Part shown: positions 11,415 through 22,020 of the stretch, piece after piece
Position numbering within the stretch: the stretch's first letter is position 1
Layout of the letters: every line of letters starts with the position of its first letter
IMG/VR virus record: IMGVR_UViG_646206259_000001
Source: a virus
Taxonomy: Duplodnaviria > Heunggongvirae > Uroviricota > Caudoviricetes
DNA: 40,052 nt
Reading direction: 5' to 3' (one strand)
Notes under the pieces: model-generated
Seen by the model: the letters and a program-made list of their open reading frames with translations, nothing else
Databases searched by the model: none
Told to the model about the DNA's origin: nothing
Position numbers and translations under genes: made by a program

Positions 11415-12155
11415 TTAACTGGCGGTGACGGTGATTTCTGCAACCGCAGCAAACTCACCATTACCGGATACCACCGGAATGTTGACCTTACCTGCAGCAA
11501 CGCCGTTCACGGTGATGGTCATACCACTGACCGACACGGTGGCTTTTGTTTTATCCGCAGACACCGCACGGAAGCTCTTGTCGGTTACGCCTTCCGGCTG
11601 GAATGCCACGGTCAGCGTGGTGCTCTGCCCTTTCACTACGGAAGCACTGGCTGGTGTTACCGTCATGCCGGTTGCCGCTGTTACTGTGCTGCGATCTTCT
11701 GCCATCGACGGGCGTCCCACATTGGTGACCTTCACCGTGCGGGTGATCACTTCCTTCGCCGTCACCGCCTTACCGATACTGCTGACCCAGCCACGGAACA
11801 CATCGACCGTGCCGTTCGGAAAGCGGATTTTATAGGCACGGGTATCACCTTCATTAAACCACGCCAGCAGCGCCTGCTGCCCCTGCTCTCCGGGCATCCA
11901 CGCCAGCGTGAAGCTGGTATCTCCGGCTGACTTCTGCCCCTGTCCGGTCGCGGTCCAGTCCGCATCTTCATCATCGAGATAACTGTCGTCATAGGACTCA
12001 GCGGTCAGTTCGCCGGGCGTCAGGTCTTTAACTTTAGCCAGACGCGACCAGTCATTGTCTGAAAGCGGGTTTGCATAAGGGTCGCCGCTCCCGTTATAAA
12101 CCCACAGTGTGGTCCCGGCCCCTTTCACCGGTGCCAGAGGATTTGGTGTTGGCAT
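11415..12155 (-). CDS. V: Major tail tube protein V
   Basis: [33 protein letters not shown]... matches lambda gpV; start taken at the internal Met that gives 246 aa. Confidence 0.9.
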   Translation of the reverse strand: MPTPNPLAPVKGAGTTLWVYNGSGDPYANPLSDNDWSRLAKVKDLTPGELTAESYDDSYLDDEDADWTATGQGQKSAGDTSFTLAWMPGEQGQQALLAWFNEGDTRAYKIRFPNGTVDVFRGWVSSIGKAVTAKEVITRTVKVTNVGRPSMAEDRSTVTAATGMTVTPASASVVKGQSTTLTVAFQPEGVTDKSFRAVSADKTKATVSVSGMTITVNGVAAGKVNIPVVSGNGEFAAVAEITVTAS

Positions 12156-12162
12156 ATCGTCC

Positions 12163-12558
12163 TCACATTTCATAGGTAATGACATAAGTCAGATCGGCTG
12201 AACTCCACAGGCCCGCATCATCGTCGCGCCGGTAGTCATAGCCACTGGCCACCATACTGGTGATCAAATCTGACAGTGCCGGGATATCGCTCATCACCGG
12301 ATAAATCCGGGACTCCATCCACGAATCCAGCTCTGAATCCGGCACCTGAGCAGGCAGGAAAACTTCAATATGCAGCTCCGCCTGCCAGGTATCGCTGTCC
12401 AGCTCTTCGCCCGTGTATTCAGCGCCGGTGAGATAAACGGCAATTGCCGGAAAATCTTCCTCATCAAAAACAGCAGGGCGACCATCAAAAAGCGTCGCCC
12501 CGGTGTCATGCTTCTCCAGTGCATCCAGTACGGCTGCACGGAGTTCAGTATGTTTCAT
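12163..12558 (-). CDS. U: Tail terminator protein U
   Basis: [22 protein letters not shown]... 131 aa, matches lambda gpU. Confidence 0.9.
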   Translation of the reverse strand: MKHTELRAAVLDALEKHDTGATLFDGRPAVFDEEDFPAIAVYLTGAEYTGEELDSDTWQAELHIEVFLPAQVPDSELDSWMESRIYPVMSDIPALSDLITSMVASGYDYRRDDDAGLWSSADLTYVITYEM

Positions 12559-13133
12559 CGCTTTATTACCATTCTCAGTTGATGCTGCAGCGCATAGCCC
12601 AGCTCTTTCGGAAGACGCTCACGCCGTATCCGCTCAATATTCTGTTTAAACGCCGTGGTCAGCGGCACCGCCATCGGGATTTTCACCACATCAATGGGGT
12701 AACGGTTTTTCCCGGCCACACGCTGCATGACATGCCACCGGCCATTTTTCAGTTGCTGAATAAACGCGCCGGGAATACGACGGTTTCCCACCACAAGCAC
12801 GCTGCCGCCACCTTTCAGGGATGAACGCTGCCCCTTTTTACGACGCCTGCGTCGGGACAGGACAACCCGCGCGTTACCCAGCCTGATTACGGGCAAATCC
12901 CCCCGGTTAACTTTGATTCTGGCCTGCGGATTTTTGACCGTGGCCCTTTTCAGCCTGGCCCTTTCCTTTACCAGTTTCCGGCGTACCTTTGTCTCACGGG
13001 CAACCAGTGACGCCGACTGCGATATCGCGGATGAAGCAACGCGGTTAATGGCCATTGCGGCGGCACCAGGCACTGCCGTTTTGCTGATACGGCTGAGGTT
13101 TTCAACGGCCTGCTCAAGACCTTTTATGGCCAT
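12555..13133 (-). CDS. Z: Tail completion protein Z
   Basis: MAIKGLEQAVENLSRISKTAVPGAAAMAINRV... 192 aa matches lambda gpZ; ATGA overlap with the U start. Confidence 0.9.
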   Translation of the reverse strand: MAIKGLEQAVENLSRISKTAVPGAAAMAINRVASSAISQSASLVARETKVRRKLVKERARLKRATVKNPQARIKVNRGDLPVIRLGNARVVLSRRRRRKKGQRSSLKGGGSVLVVGNRRIPGAFIQQLKNGRWHVMQRVAGKNRYPIDVVKIPMAVPLTTAFKQNIERIRRERLPKELGYALQHQLRMVIKR

Positions 13134-13144
13134 ACATCCCCCTT

Positions 13145-13498
13145 TCAGCGGCGACGGCTGGCGGCAGGTGGTTGCCCCCGGTTGAGCCAGAGATAACAAC
13201 TCCCTCCGTCATCCGGAGAAACACGGTCCACCCAGAACATCTCGCCGTTAATGGTCAGCGTGTCACCACGCCGTACAGCACAAACCGTATCCGTAAGCAC
13301 AAATAATGACGGGTTACTTCCTTCAATACGGATCCCACTACTGGCAAAACCCAGCGACTCCGGATCGTCAAAAACGCCATGAACCTCGCCGCCACGCTGT
13401 GCACCGGAGGTGAACTGCGCACTGATGCCCATCACTTCAACAATCGTACTGTCCACCCCGGCAAGGGCGGCATCAAAGGCATTCTGAAAATCACGCAT
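13145..13498 (-). CDS. FII: Head-tail joining protein FII
   Basis: 117 aa from the internal Met; ...RRGDTLTINGEMFWVDRVSPDDGGSCYLWL... matches lambda gpFII. Confidence 0.85.
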   Translation of the reverse strand: MRDFQNAFDAALAGVDSTIVEVMGISAQFTSGAQRGGEVHGVFDDPESLGFASSGIRIEGSNPSLFVLTDTVCAVRRGDTLTINGEMFWVDRVSPDDGGSCYLWLNRGQPPAASRRR

Positions 13499-13865
13499 AA
13501 ACAGCCATTCCACCATCAACGTGTGTTTTTGCATCTGAGGACATAATCAGAATCACCCGACCAACATCCGCAAGCTCAACGGATTCCCCCGTTTCACCAT
13601 CAACGCCACAGAGATGGAGGCAGGTCAGAACTCTGATGCGCGTTAACGCGCCGGATGTTTCCTCACGAACATCATGAGCCGCGGTTTCCCGCTCCCGGAT
13701 ATCCATATTCATAACCTGTACATCATCGCCGGATGACTGCATTTCCTCTTCCCATTCTGCCACCCGCTGCGCTATCTCTGCGGCACTCCCGGATATATCC
13801 GGCTCACGCCCCAGAATCAGGGCCAGTTCATCAAGCCGTTTCAGATTTTGCTCTTTCGTTGCCAT
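13491..13865 (-). CDS. FI: DNA packaging protein FI (divergent variant)
   Basis: Position between E and FII, size 124 aa, acidic composition and N-terminal pattern (MATKEQNLKRLDELA...) resemble lambda gpFI. Confidence 0.6.
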   Translation of the reverse strand: MATKEQNLKRLDELALILGREPDISGSAAEIAQRVAEWEEEMQSSGDDVQVMNMDIRERETAAHDVREETSGALTRIRVLTCLHLCGVDGETGESVELADVGRVILIMSSDAKTHVDGGMAVYA

Positions 13866-13916
13866 ATCAGCCCCCTGTGAAAAAAGACACGGGGGCATTT
13901 CGCCCCCGCTCACGGA

Positions 13917-14945
13917 TTATTTCACCTGTACCACCACAAACTCATCCGGGTCCGGCAACACCATCAGCGGCGCGGACTGCGTCATGGTAAATTCACGGGC
14001 GGGATCCCCTACCGTCAGCCAGTGTTTCGGATAACGGGAAGAGGCCACCACACCTTCGGACAACGCCTGAGCATCCTGAATGGCACCGTAACAACGGATC
14101 CCATCTGCAGCAGTATTCCCCAGAACCAGCATGCCATCTGGAAGATAACGTTTTTCGATACCGTCTTCTGCTATATAAGACGTTTTCGCCACCACAATGG
14201 CCAGATCGCCGTAATACCCCTTGAAGGACACCACTGCGCCCAGATCTTTCACTGCCGTTTCGAGTTGAGAATTTGAACCGCGACGGGTATCCAGTTTTTC
14301 GCGGAACAGCTTAAAACCATTCAGAAGACGCCAGACGGTACCGTCCATAATGGCAATATTCACAAGACCGCTGGCCAGGTCGCAGTAGAGGTCAATATCA
14401 TGTGTAGGATCGAACGTGTCACGATCCTGTTTTGACCACTCCTTACCACTACCCTGAGTGATGTTATTCTTCGTCGACCTGCCAAAATCGACCTCAATTT
14501 TCTCGAACTGGTCTCCTTCCATGGTGTATTTGCCATACAACACAGCATTTACCGCCTGCATTTCTTCCACCTGGACAATCGCGTGCTCTTCCTGTTTGAG
14601 GTTATCGGTAATGATACGCAGACGGCGGTAAGCCGGATCATTCAGTTGAGATGGATCTTCACCAGGAAGGCGCTCAACCGCCTGCTGGTAATTAAATTCG
14701 TGTTTCGGCTTGACGTAGCCCGGACGCAACACGCGGGTTTCACCACCACGATGACGCAGCACTTTTCCTTCAACAACCGGGGAGACATAGGCCGCCACCG
14801 GCGTTTTTCCGGTAATTTTGTCCAGCATCACCTCTTCGGTATGGAAATTCACCGTACGGCGGAAAAACAGCTCCAGAAACAGCGCACGAAATTTAACTTT
14901 TTGTTCGGTATAACCGAGTAACTGGCGGGTCGTAAACAATCCCAT
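13917..14945 (-). CDS. E: Major capsid protein E
   Basis: 342 aa; ...FTMTQSAPLMVLPDPDEFVVVQ... and other blocks match lambda gpE. Confidence 0.9.
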   Translation of the reverse strand: MGLFTTRQLLGYTEQKVKFRALFLELFFRRTVNFHTEEVMLDKITGKTPVAAYVSPVVEGKVLRHRGGETRVLRPGYVKPKHEFNYQQAVERLPGEDPSQLNDPAYRRLRIITDNLKQEEHAIVQVEEMQAVNAVLYGKYTMEGDQFEKIEVDFGRSTKNNITQGSGKEWSKQDRDTFDPTHDIDLYCDLASGLVNIAIMDGTVWRLLNGFKLFREKLDTRRGSNSQLETAVKDLGAVVSFKGYYGDLAIVVAKTSYIAEDGIEKRYLPDGMLVLGNTAADGIRCYGAIQDAQALSEGVVASSRYPKHWLTVGDPAREFTMTQSAPLMVLPDPDEFVVVQVK

Positions 14946-15002
14946 AAATCAGTTCCTTTCATTCAGAAATCAGTCAGGCCACCGCGGTGGCCTGATAACG
15001 TG

Positions 15003-15255
15003 TTACGGCAGCGCCGCGTGACTCAGGGCTGTGCCGGCAAAGGCATTTGCCTTTTTGTGTTCATCCACACTTTCAGGCCAGTGGATTGCCTCCGTCGCAA
15101 AGGTTCCCGACTTGTAATACGTCAGCGCCGTCTCTGTGCCTTCAAGCGGCAGTACCAGTATGCCAACCGCACTACCGGCTTTCTGTCCGTCCCAGACCAC
15201 CAGTTTCCCGGTGGCTTCATCCAGCATCAGGGGCGTCAGTGCCGGTGTTGGCGAG
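15003..15255 (-). CDS. D: Head decoration protein D, C-terminal part (N-terminus in N-run)
   Basis: ...[18 protein letters not shown]...[16 protein letters not shown]...AFAGTA... matches lambda gpD. Confidence 0.8.
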
Positions 15256-16812
15256 NNNNNNNNNNNNNNNNNNNNNNNNNNNNNNNNNNNNNNNNNNNNN
15301 NNNNNNNNNNNNNNNNNNNNNNNNNNNNNNNNNNNNNNNNNNNNNNNNNNNNNNNNNNNNNNNNNNNNNNNNNNNNNNNNNNNNNNNNNNNNNNNNNNNN
15401 NNNNNNNNNNNNNNNNNNNNNNNNNNNNNNNNNNNNNNNNNNNNNNNNNNNNNNNNNNNNNNNNNNNNNNNNNNNNNNNNNNNNNNNNNNNNNNNNNNNN
15501 NNNNNNNNNNNNNNNNNNNNNNNNNNNNNNNNNNNNNNNNNNNNNNNNNNNNNNNNNNNNNNNNNNNNNNNNNNNNNNNNNNNNNNNNNNNNNNNNNNNN
15601 NNNNNNNNNNNNNNNNNNNNNNNNNNNNNNNNNNNNNNNNNNNNNNNNNNNNNNNNNNNNNNNNNNNNNNNNNNNNNNNNNNNNNNNNNNNNNNNNNNNN
15701 NNNNNNNNNNNNNNNNNNNNNNNNNNNNNNNNNNNNNNNNNNNNNNNNNNNNNNNNNNNNNNNNNNNNNNNNNNNNNNNNNNNNNNNNNNNNNNNNNNNN
15801 NNNNNNNNNNNNNNNNNNNNNNNNNNNNNNNNNNNNNNNNNNNNNNNNNNNNNNNNNNNNNNNNNNNNNNNNNNNNNNNNNNNNNNNNNNNNNNNNNNNN
15901 NNNNNNNNNNNNNNNNNNNNNNNNNNNNNNNNNNNNNNNNNNNNNNNNNNNNNNNNNNNNNNNNNNNNNNNNNNNNNNNNNNNNNNNNNNNNNNNNNNNN
16001 NNNNNNNNNNNNNNNNNNNNNNNNNNNNNNNNNNNNNNNNNNNNNNNNNNNNNNNNNNNNNNNNNNNNNNNNNNNNNNNNNNNNNNNNNNNNNNNNNNNN
16101 NNNNNNNNNNNNNNNNNNNNNNNNNNNNNNNNNNNNNNNNNNNNNNNNNNNNNNNNNNNNNNNNNNNNNNNNNNNNNNNNNNNNNNNNNNNNNNNNNNNN
16201 NNNNNNNNNNNNNNNNNNNNNNNNNNNNNNNNNNNNNNNNNNNNNNNNNNNNNNNNNNNNNNNNNNNNNNNNNNNNNNNNNNNNNNNNNNNNNNNNNNNN
16301 NNNNNNNNNNNNNNNNNNNNNNNNNNNNNNNNNNNNNNNNNNNNNNNNNNNNNNNNNNNNNNNNNNNNNNNNNNNNNNNNNNNNNNNNNNNNNNNNNNNN
16401 NNNNNNNNNNNNNNNNNNNNNNNNNNNNNNNNNNNNNNNNNNNNNNNNNNNNNNNNNNNNNNNNNNNNNNNNNNNNNNNNNNNNNNNNNNNNNNNNNNNN
16501 NNNNNNNNNNNNNNNNNNNNNNNNNNNNNNNNNNNNNNNNNNNNNNNNNNNNNNNNNNNNNNNNNNNNNNNNNNNNNNNNNNNNNNNNNNNNNNNNNNNN
16601 NNNNNNNNNNNNNNNNNNNNNNNNNNNNNNNNNNNNNNNNNNNNNNNNNNNNNNNNNNNNNNNNNNNNNNNNNNNNNNNNNNNNNNNNNNNNNNNNNNNN
16701 NNNNNNNNNNNNNNNNNNNNNNNNNNNNNNNNNNNNNNNNNNNNNNNNNNNNNNNNNNNNNNNNNNNNNNNNNNNNNNNNNNNNNNNNNNNNNNNNNNNN
16801 NNNNNNNNNNNN
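15256..16812. other. N-run where D N-terminus, C/Nu3 and B C-terminus are expected
   Basis: 1557 consecutive n. Confidence 1.
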
Positions 16813-18369
16813 ACGACTCTCCGCTATCTGCTGCTGATACGCCTGCTCTATCCACACCGGACGTGAGAGTCCGGCTTTTTGCCGCTCAGCAGATTCCCTG
16901 ACCTGCTGGCGGAAAATGTCCTGATAATCCTCGCCCATCAGCGCCAGCTCTTTCTCATACGTGCTCAGTCCGGCCTCAATGCGCATCACTGATTCCTGGA
17001 CTTCCTTGAGCCCGTCAATGGCCATTCTTCCGGCACCAATCCACTCTGCCCGTGACCAGGCTGATCGCGCCTGATAAAAATCAAAACGTGCCCGTGGCGG
17101 ACGAATAATCCCCCGAAGAAGTGCCTCTTCCAGCCAGCAGGAAAACATCTGCGTGGCCAGCCGGGCCGCAATAAATTTTCGCCGCCCCATAAAATAGCGC
17201 CACGACTCATTGGCGGAGGCGCGGGCACTTGAGTAACTGACCTTCGAGTAATCACGGGACAACTGTTCGTAGGAAACGCCAAGACCGGCGGCGATATACC
17301 GCAGCAGCGCCTGTTCAAGCGCAGAAAATCCATTGTCTGAATCCTGCGCAGTCTGTAGTTTCAGATCATCACCAGGGAAAAGGTGCGGAATTTTGACACC
17401 GCCCAGTGTCACGTTATTCGTGTCATACCAGCTGGAAAACTTCTCCAGAATATTAATAAGCGGATTATCCTTCTGCTCCTGTGGCGCGCTGGCGATATAT
17501 TCAAAGGCCTTTTCGGTATCAAGTTCACTTTCAATCGTCGCTGCATACATCGCCTTCACTATGGCCGACTGAAGCTGTGTTGCCTGCAGGGAATCGAGCA
17601 TCTTCAGCCGTTCCATGACGCTGTAAAACTGATTAGCCCCACGGGTCTGCCCGTCCTCCACCGGCTCGAAAATATGCAGCATGGCCGGACGCCCGGTGGG
17701 AAGTTCACGCGGGATCCGTTCCCATCGTCCACTACCAGAGAACGGAAAATCATCCTCACAGATATGGTACGCGACGGCACGGCCATATCGATCGACCTCC
17801 ACACCGGCCCGCAGAAAACGGTTCCCCATACCGTGTCCAGGCGTGTCCACCCGTTTCGGACTCACGGCTTTAAAACGCGTACGGAATAACTGCGTGGTTT
17901 CCGTATCCCAGACCGGCTGCACAAAGATTTCGCCGTTAAACGCATGAACGCCCACACCTTCACGGATAAATTCCGTGAACGTGCGTTTTCCTTCCACGTC
18001 GATCTCGCCAAACATCCCTTCGGCGTATTCCGACCAGGCCGCCTCCACCTCATCGACAAAGCTTTTTGCTGCGGTCTCCCGCATCCCCAGCCAGCGCCAG
18101 TTCGGACGGTAGCTGATCAGAAACATATGCCCGACAATGTGATCCTTATGCAGAGCCACCGCATTAGCCGCTATTCCGTTATTGCGCACCAGATCATCTG
18201 CCCGGGCATTCCCCAGACGCAACGCGGGCAGCAGGGCCGCATCGGCACTCTGCGCCGGTGGCAACCACTCAGCCATTTGCCCGCCAAATCCTGCACCGCC
18301 CCCGTTGTAGCTGAGACTCTCACGAAGCGGAACGCCGTTCACATCAATCAGGACAGGCGTTCGTTTCAT
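16813..18369 (-). CDS. B: Portal protein B (C-terminal end in N-run)
   Basis: MKRTPVLIDVNGVPLRESLSYNGGGAGFGGQMAEWLPPAQ... continuous match to lambda gpB. Confidence 0.9.
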
Positions 18370-18462
18370 AACCTCACTCCCAGCGGACGACGGCGACACC
18401 GGGTTGTCCCCAGTACCGACTCCGCATCATTGATCGCCCGGTTAAGCTCATCCAGAGAAGCC
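18366..18462 (-). CDS. W: Head-tail joining protein W, C-terminal part
   Basis: ...DELNRAINDAESVLGTTRCRRRPLGVRL resembles lambda gpW C-terminus; stop overlaps the B start (ATGA). Confidence 0.6.
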
Positions 18463-19902
18463 NNNNNNNNNNNNNNNNNNNNNNNNNNNNNNNNNNNNNN
18501 NNNNNNNNNNNNNNNNNNNNNNNNNNNNNNNNNNNNNNNNNNNNNNNNNNNNNNNNNNNNNNNNNNNNNNNNNNNNNNNNNNNNNNNNNNNNNNNNNNNN
18601 NNNNNNNNNNNNNNNNNNNNNNNNNNNNNNNNNNNNNNNNNNNNNNNNNNNNNNNNNNNNNNNNNNNNNNNNNNNNNNNNNNNNNNNNNNNNNNNNNNNN
18701 NNNNNNNNNNNNNNNNNNNNNNNNNNNNNNNNNNNNNNNNNNNNNNNNNNNNNNNNNNNNNNNNNNNNNNNNNNNNNNNNNNNNNNNNNNNNNNNNNNNN
18801 NNNNNNNNNNNNNNNNNNNNNNNNNNNNNNNNNNNNNNNNNNNNNNNNNNNNNNNNNNNNNNNNNNNNNNNNNNNNNNNNNNNNNNNNNNNNNNNNNNNN
18901 NNNNNNNNNNNNNNNNNNNNNNNNNNNNNNNNNNNNNNNNNNNNNNNNNNNNNNNNNNNNNNNNNNNNNNNNNNNNNNNNNNNNNNNNNNNNNNNNNNNN
19001 NNNNNNNNNNNNNNNNNNNNNNNNNNNNNNNNNNNNNNNNNNNNNNNNNNNNNNNNNNNNNNNNNNNNNNNNNNNNNNNNNNNNNNNNNNNNNNNNNNNN
19101 NNNNNNNNNNNNNNNNNNNNNNNNNNNNNNNNNNNNNNNNNNNNNNNNNNNNNNNNNNNNNNNNNNNNNNNNNNNNNNNNNNNNNNNNNNNNNNNNNNNN
19201 NNNNNNNNNNNNNNNNNNNNNNNNNNNNNNNNNNNNNNNNNNNNNNNNNNNNNNNNNNNNNNNNNNNNNNNNNNNNNNNNNNNNNNNNNNNNNNNNNNNN
19301 NNNNNNNNNNNNNNNNNNNNNNNNNNNNNNNNNNNNNNNNNNNNNNNNNNNNNNNNNNNNNNNNNNNNNNNNNNNNNNNNNNNNNNNNNNNNNNNNNNNN
19401 NNNNNNNNNNNNNNNNNNNNNNNNNNNNNNNNNNNNNNNNNNNNNNNNNNNNNNNNNNNNNNNNNNNNNNNNNNNNNNNNNNNNNNNNNNNNNNNNNNNN
19501 NNNNNNNNNNNNNNNNNNNNNNNNNNNNNNNNNNNNNNNNNNNNNNNNNNNNNNNNNNNNNNNNNNNNNNNNNNNNNNNNNNNNNNNNNNNNNNNNNNNN
19601 NNNNNNNNNNNNNNNNNNNNNNNNNNNNNNNNNNNNNNNNNNNNNNNNNNNNNNNNNNNNNNNNNNNNNNNNNNNNNNNNNNNNNNNNNNNNNNNNNNNN
19701 NNNNNNNNNNNNNNNNNNNNNNNNNNNNNNNNNNNNNNNNNNNNNNNNNNNNNNNNNNNNNNNNNNNNNNNNNNNNNNNNNNNNNNNNNNNNNNNNNNNN
19801 NNNNNNNNNNNNNNNNNNNNNNNNNNNNNNNNNNNNNNNNNNNNNNNNNNNNNNNNNNNNNNNNNNNNNNNNNNNNNNNNNNNNNNNNNNNNNNNNNNNN
19901 NN
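18463..19902. other. N-run where Nu1, terminase large subunit A and W N-terminus are expected
   Basis: 1440 consecutive n; shorter than the ~2.5 kb expected. Confidence 1.
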
Positions 19903-19938
19903 GAAAATTTCGGCAAGCCTCTTTTTATTAACCTTCAT
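19903..19938 (-). CDS. nu1: Terminase small subunit Nu1, first 12 codons only (rest in N-run)
   Basis: MKVNKKRLAEIF... resembles lambda Nu1 MEVNKKQLADIF; lies at the expected distance from cos. Confidence 0.7.
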
Positions 19939-19939
19939 G

Positions 19940-20130
19940 AAAACAACCCATTATCAAATACAAGGCCCGACATGAAAACGCCAGAAAAAGGCATTTTCGG
20001 ACACTTTCATGTCGGACCTTTACGGATGCAATATTAAAAAAACAAAAAGTTATATTCGAGAAGTACCGACACGATTTTCCCTGAAAAATTTTCATAAATA
20101 GTGAAAAACCGCGAGGTCGCCGCCCCGTAA
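19940..20130 (-). other. cos site: cosN at 20114-20125 (12-nt cohesive end GGGCGGCGACCT on the minus strand) plus cosB region toward Nu1
   Basis: Plus strand ...AACCGCGAGGTCGCCGCCCC... is the reverse complement of the lambda left end GGGCGGCGACCTCGCGGTTTT; flanking CACTATTTATGAAAATTTT also lambda-like. Confidence 0.85.
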
Positions 20131-20273
20131 CCTGTTGGATCGACGGAAAGGACCCGAAAACGAGAATAATTATCACTTACAGCAAGAATCGAATCTGATC
20201 TATTATGGTGCTTGCTATTATGTGCCGGCACAAGTGCGTCGTTTACCGTCATTTCACACAGAGGCATCATCAA

Positions 20274-20525
20274 ATGAAAATCAGAAATATTCTCGCTATC
20301 TCCCTTGCGACATCATCCTTCAGTTGCCTGGCATTTAAATCCTCGCCCAATGTGCTACCAGGACCAACGAATCAACTAACTGCGGTAGAAAGTAAAATTA
20401 TCGGACATTTTTATGCCCCACACAGTACATTACCCGGAACAACCATCACAGGGACATGTGACGCCTCCCCCGTCCCGGGATGCACCTGTCCGTTTTGTAC
20501 TATGCTGCGTAGCCAAAACCGATAA
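20274..20525 (+). CDS. Hypothetical small secreted Cys-containing protein (83 aa) with N-terminal signal peptide
   Basis: ATG at 20274 after AGAGG-type RBS; MKIRNILAISLATSSFSCLA is signal-peptide-like; mature part has 5 Cys. Confidence 0.45.
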   Translation: MKIRNILAISLATSSFSCLAFKSSPNVLPGPTNQLTAVESKIIGHFYAPHSTLPGTTITGTCDASPVPGCTCPFCTMLRSQNR

Positions 20526-20586
20526 CATCCGCATTTACCTGGTATTCCATGATGAGTTCACGCAGCGACTGATAGAGGAAGGAAAG

Positions 20587-20766
20587 ATGGTTAGTAAAAG
20601 CAAGGCGCATTGCCGCCGCATGCTGCAGGCATTGCAACAGACGAGAGCAGGTATTTTTGACCAGTTGGAAAACTGCCAGCATACTTTGCCCGAGTATATC
20701 GCCATCTCATCGGAAACCAGTGCAACTCTTATTCATCGGGTTCCACCAGAGAAAAAGAAGAAATGA
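20587..20766 (+). CDS. Hypothetical protein (59 aa)
   Basis: ATG preceded by GAGGAAGGA RBS; followed by a hairpin terminator. Confidence 0.35.
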   Translation: MVSKSKAHCRRMLQALQQTRAGIFDQLENCQHTLPEYIAISSETSATLIHRVPPEKKKK

Positions 20767-20773
20767 ACAGTGA

Positions 20774-20803
20774 GGCGTTGTGTGGCATACAACGCCTTCT
20801 TCC
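20774..20803 (+). terminator. Rho-independent terminator candidate
   Basis: Stem GGCGTTGT / ACAACGCC with 7-nt loop followed by TTCTTCC. Confidence 0.4.
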
Positions 20804-20888
20804 ATCATTCCTCGTCAGCCATGACAAAAATATAACCGCTGGCTCTTTCATTTTTCTCCTGCTTCCAGCCCCTCTCTACCTGGAAGCA

Positions 20889-21215
20889 TCAAGGACGTGA
20901 CGGCGTAAAGATAAATTGTCTCTTCACTCCCTGACAGGGGCGATTCTTTTCAAATCGCCATTTCGCCATGGCCTTCACCACTTCATCACGAAACAAATTA
21001 TGAGGCTCTGAGCGGAGAAAAACGATCCGTGTCACAGTCCCATCAGCACCAATATCGAACTTAACCTCAACCAGCCCCTTGATATAATTTGCTGCAGCAT
21101 ATTCCGGATATCGTGGATACACCGTCACTAATTGCCGGGGCTCATCAGCTTTTTGCTGCGAGCATCCCACTGCCAGGACAGATAACAGAAAAAGTAGTAA
21201 AAGGCGTCTTTTCAT
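20889..21215 (-). CDS. Lipoprotein with TonB C-terminal-like domain (108 aa)
   Basis: MKRRLLLLFLLSVLAVGCSQQ has a lipobox (LAVGC); remainder ...YPRYPEYAAANYIKGLVEVKFDIGADGTVTRIVFLRSEPHNLFRDEVVKAMAKWRF fits the TonB_C pattern; AGGA RBS. Confidence 0.6.
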   Translation of the reverse strand: MKRRLLLLFLLSVLAVGCSQQKADEPRQLVTVYPRYPEYAAANYIKGLVEVKFDIGADGTVTRIVFLRSEPHNLFRDEVVKAMAKWRFEKNRPCQGVKRQFIFTPSRP

Positions 21216-21695
21216 TTTTATTCCTACGGGTCTTATTCTGACAATATATCCTGTGTTCCAGACTGCCACATCACCACATCCTGTGCCATTATCTGACTCA
21301 CATTACATACATCGCATCGGGATACAGTAGTAGCACTTTCTGTAATACAGCTTCCTGTTTCTTCCACCATCGCACCGGGATAAACCCGCGAATCATTAAC
21401 GCGGTAAAAACCCGGTGTGCATCGTTTTTAATTATTCCCGCACACTCACGCAGAAGGAATTCCCCGTCGGGCTACGGTCATGGTTAATGCGGGAATACGG
21501 CGACGATACAGCGCAGCTAAAAGGGTAATGGACGGATAGACCGGTTTATTTCATTCCACAGGATTCTGAGTGTCCCCAACTTCCTCCAATAGTCTGAGCC
21601 CACCTGTGTAGTTTTAATTTTCATCAATCCATTTAACTATCGTTTAATTGTTGTCACATAGGATTCTGCCGTTTTTAACAATGCAGGATAATAAG

Positions 21696-21989
21696 ATGAA
21701 AAAAATGTTGTTTTCTGCCGCTCTGGCAATGCTTATTACAGGATGTGCTCAACAGACGTTTACTGTTGGAAACAAACCTACAGCAGTAACACCAAAGGAA
21801 ACCATCACCCATCATTTCTTCGTTTCGGGAATTGGGCAGAAGAAAACTGTCGATGCAGCAAAAATTTGTGGTGGTGCAGAAAATGTTGTTAAAACAGAAA
21901 CCCAGCAAACATTCGTAAATGGATTGCTCGGTTTTATTACTTTAGGCATTTATACTCCGCTGGAAGCGCGTGTGTATTGCTCACAATAA
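21696..21989 (+). CDS. bor: Bor lipoprotein (serum resistance / lysogenic conversion)
   Basis: MKKMLFSAALAMLITGCAQQTFTV...GIYTPLEARVYCSQ, 97 aa, matches lambda Bor; opposite strand to the lysis genes as in lambda. Confidence 0.9.
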   Translation: MKKMLFSAALAMLITGCAQQTFTVGNKPTAVTPKETITHHFFVSGIGQKKTVDAAKICGGAENVVKTETQQTFVNGLLGFITLGIYTPLEARVYCSQ

Positions 21990-22020
21990 TTGCATGAGTT
22001 GCCCATCGATATGGGCAGCT

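Noticed and set aside
15000-20037. Long ORFs made mostly of X residues (for example 15000-16901 plus, 17944-20037 plus, 18448-19938 minus)
   Set aside because: Artefacts of translating through N-runs; only the unmasked portions that match known proteins (D, B, W, Nu1) were kept.
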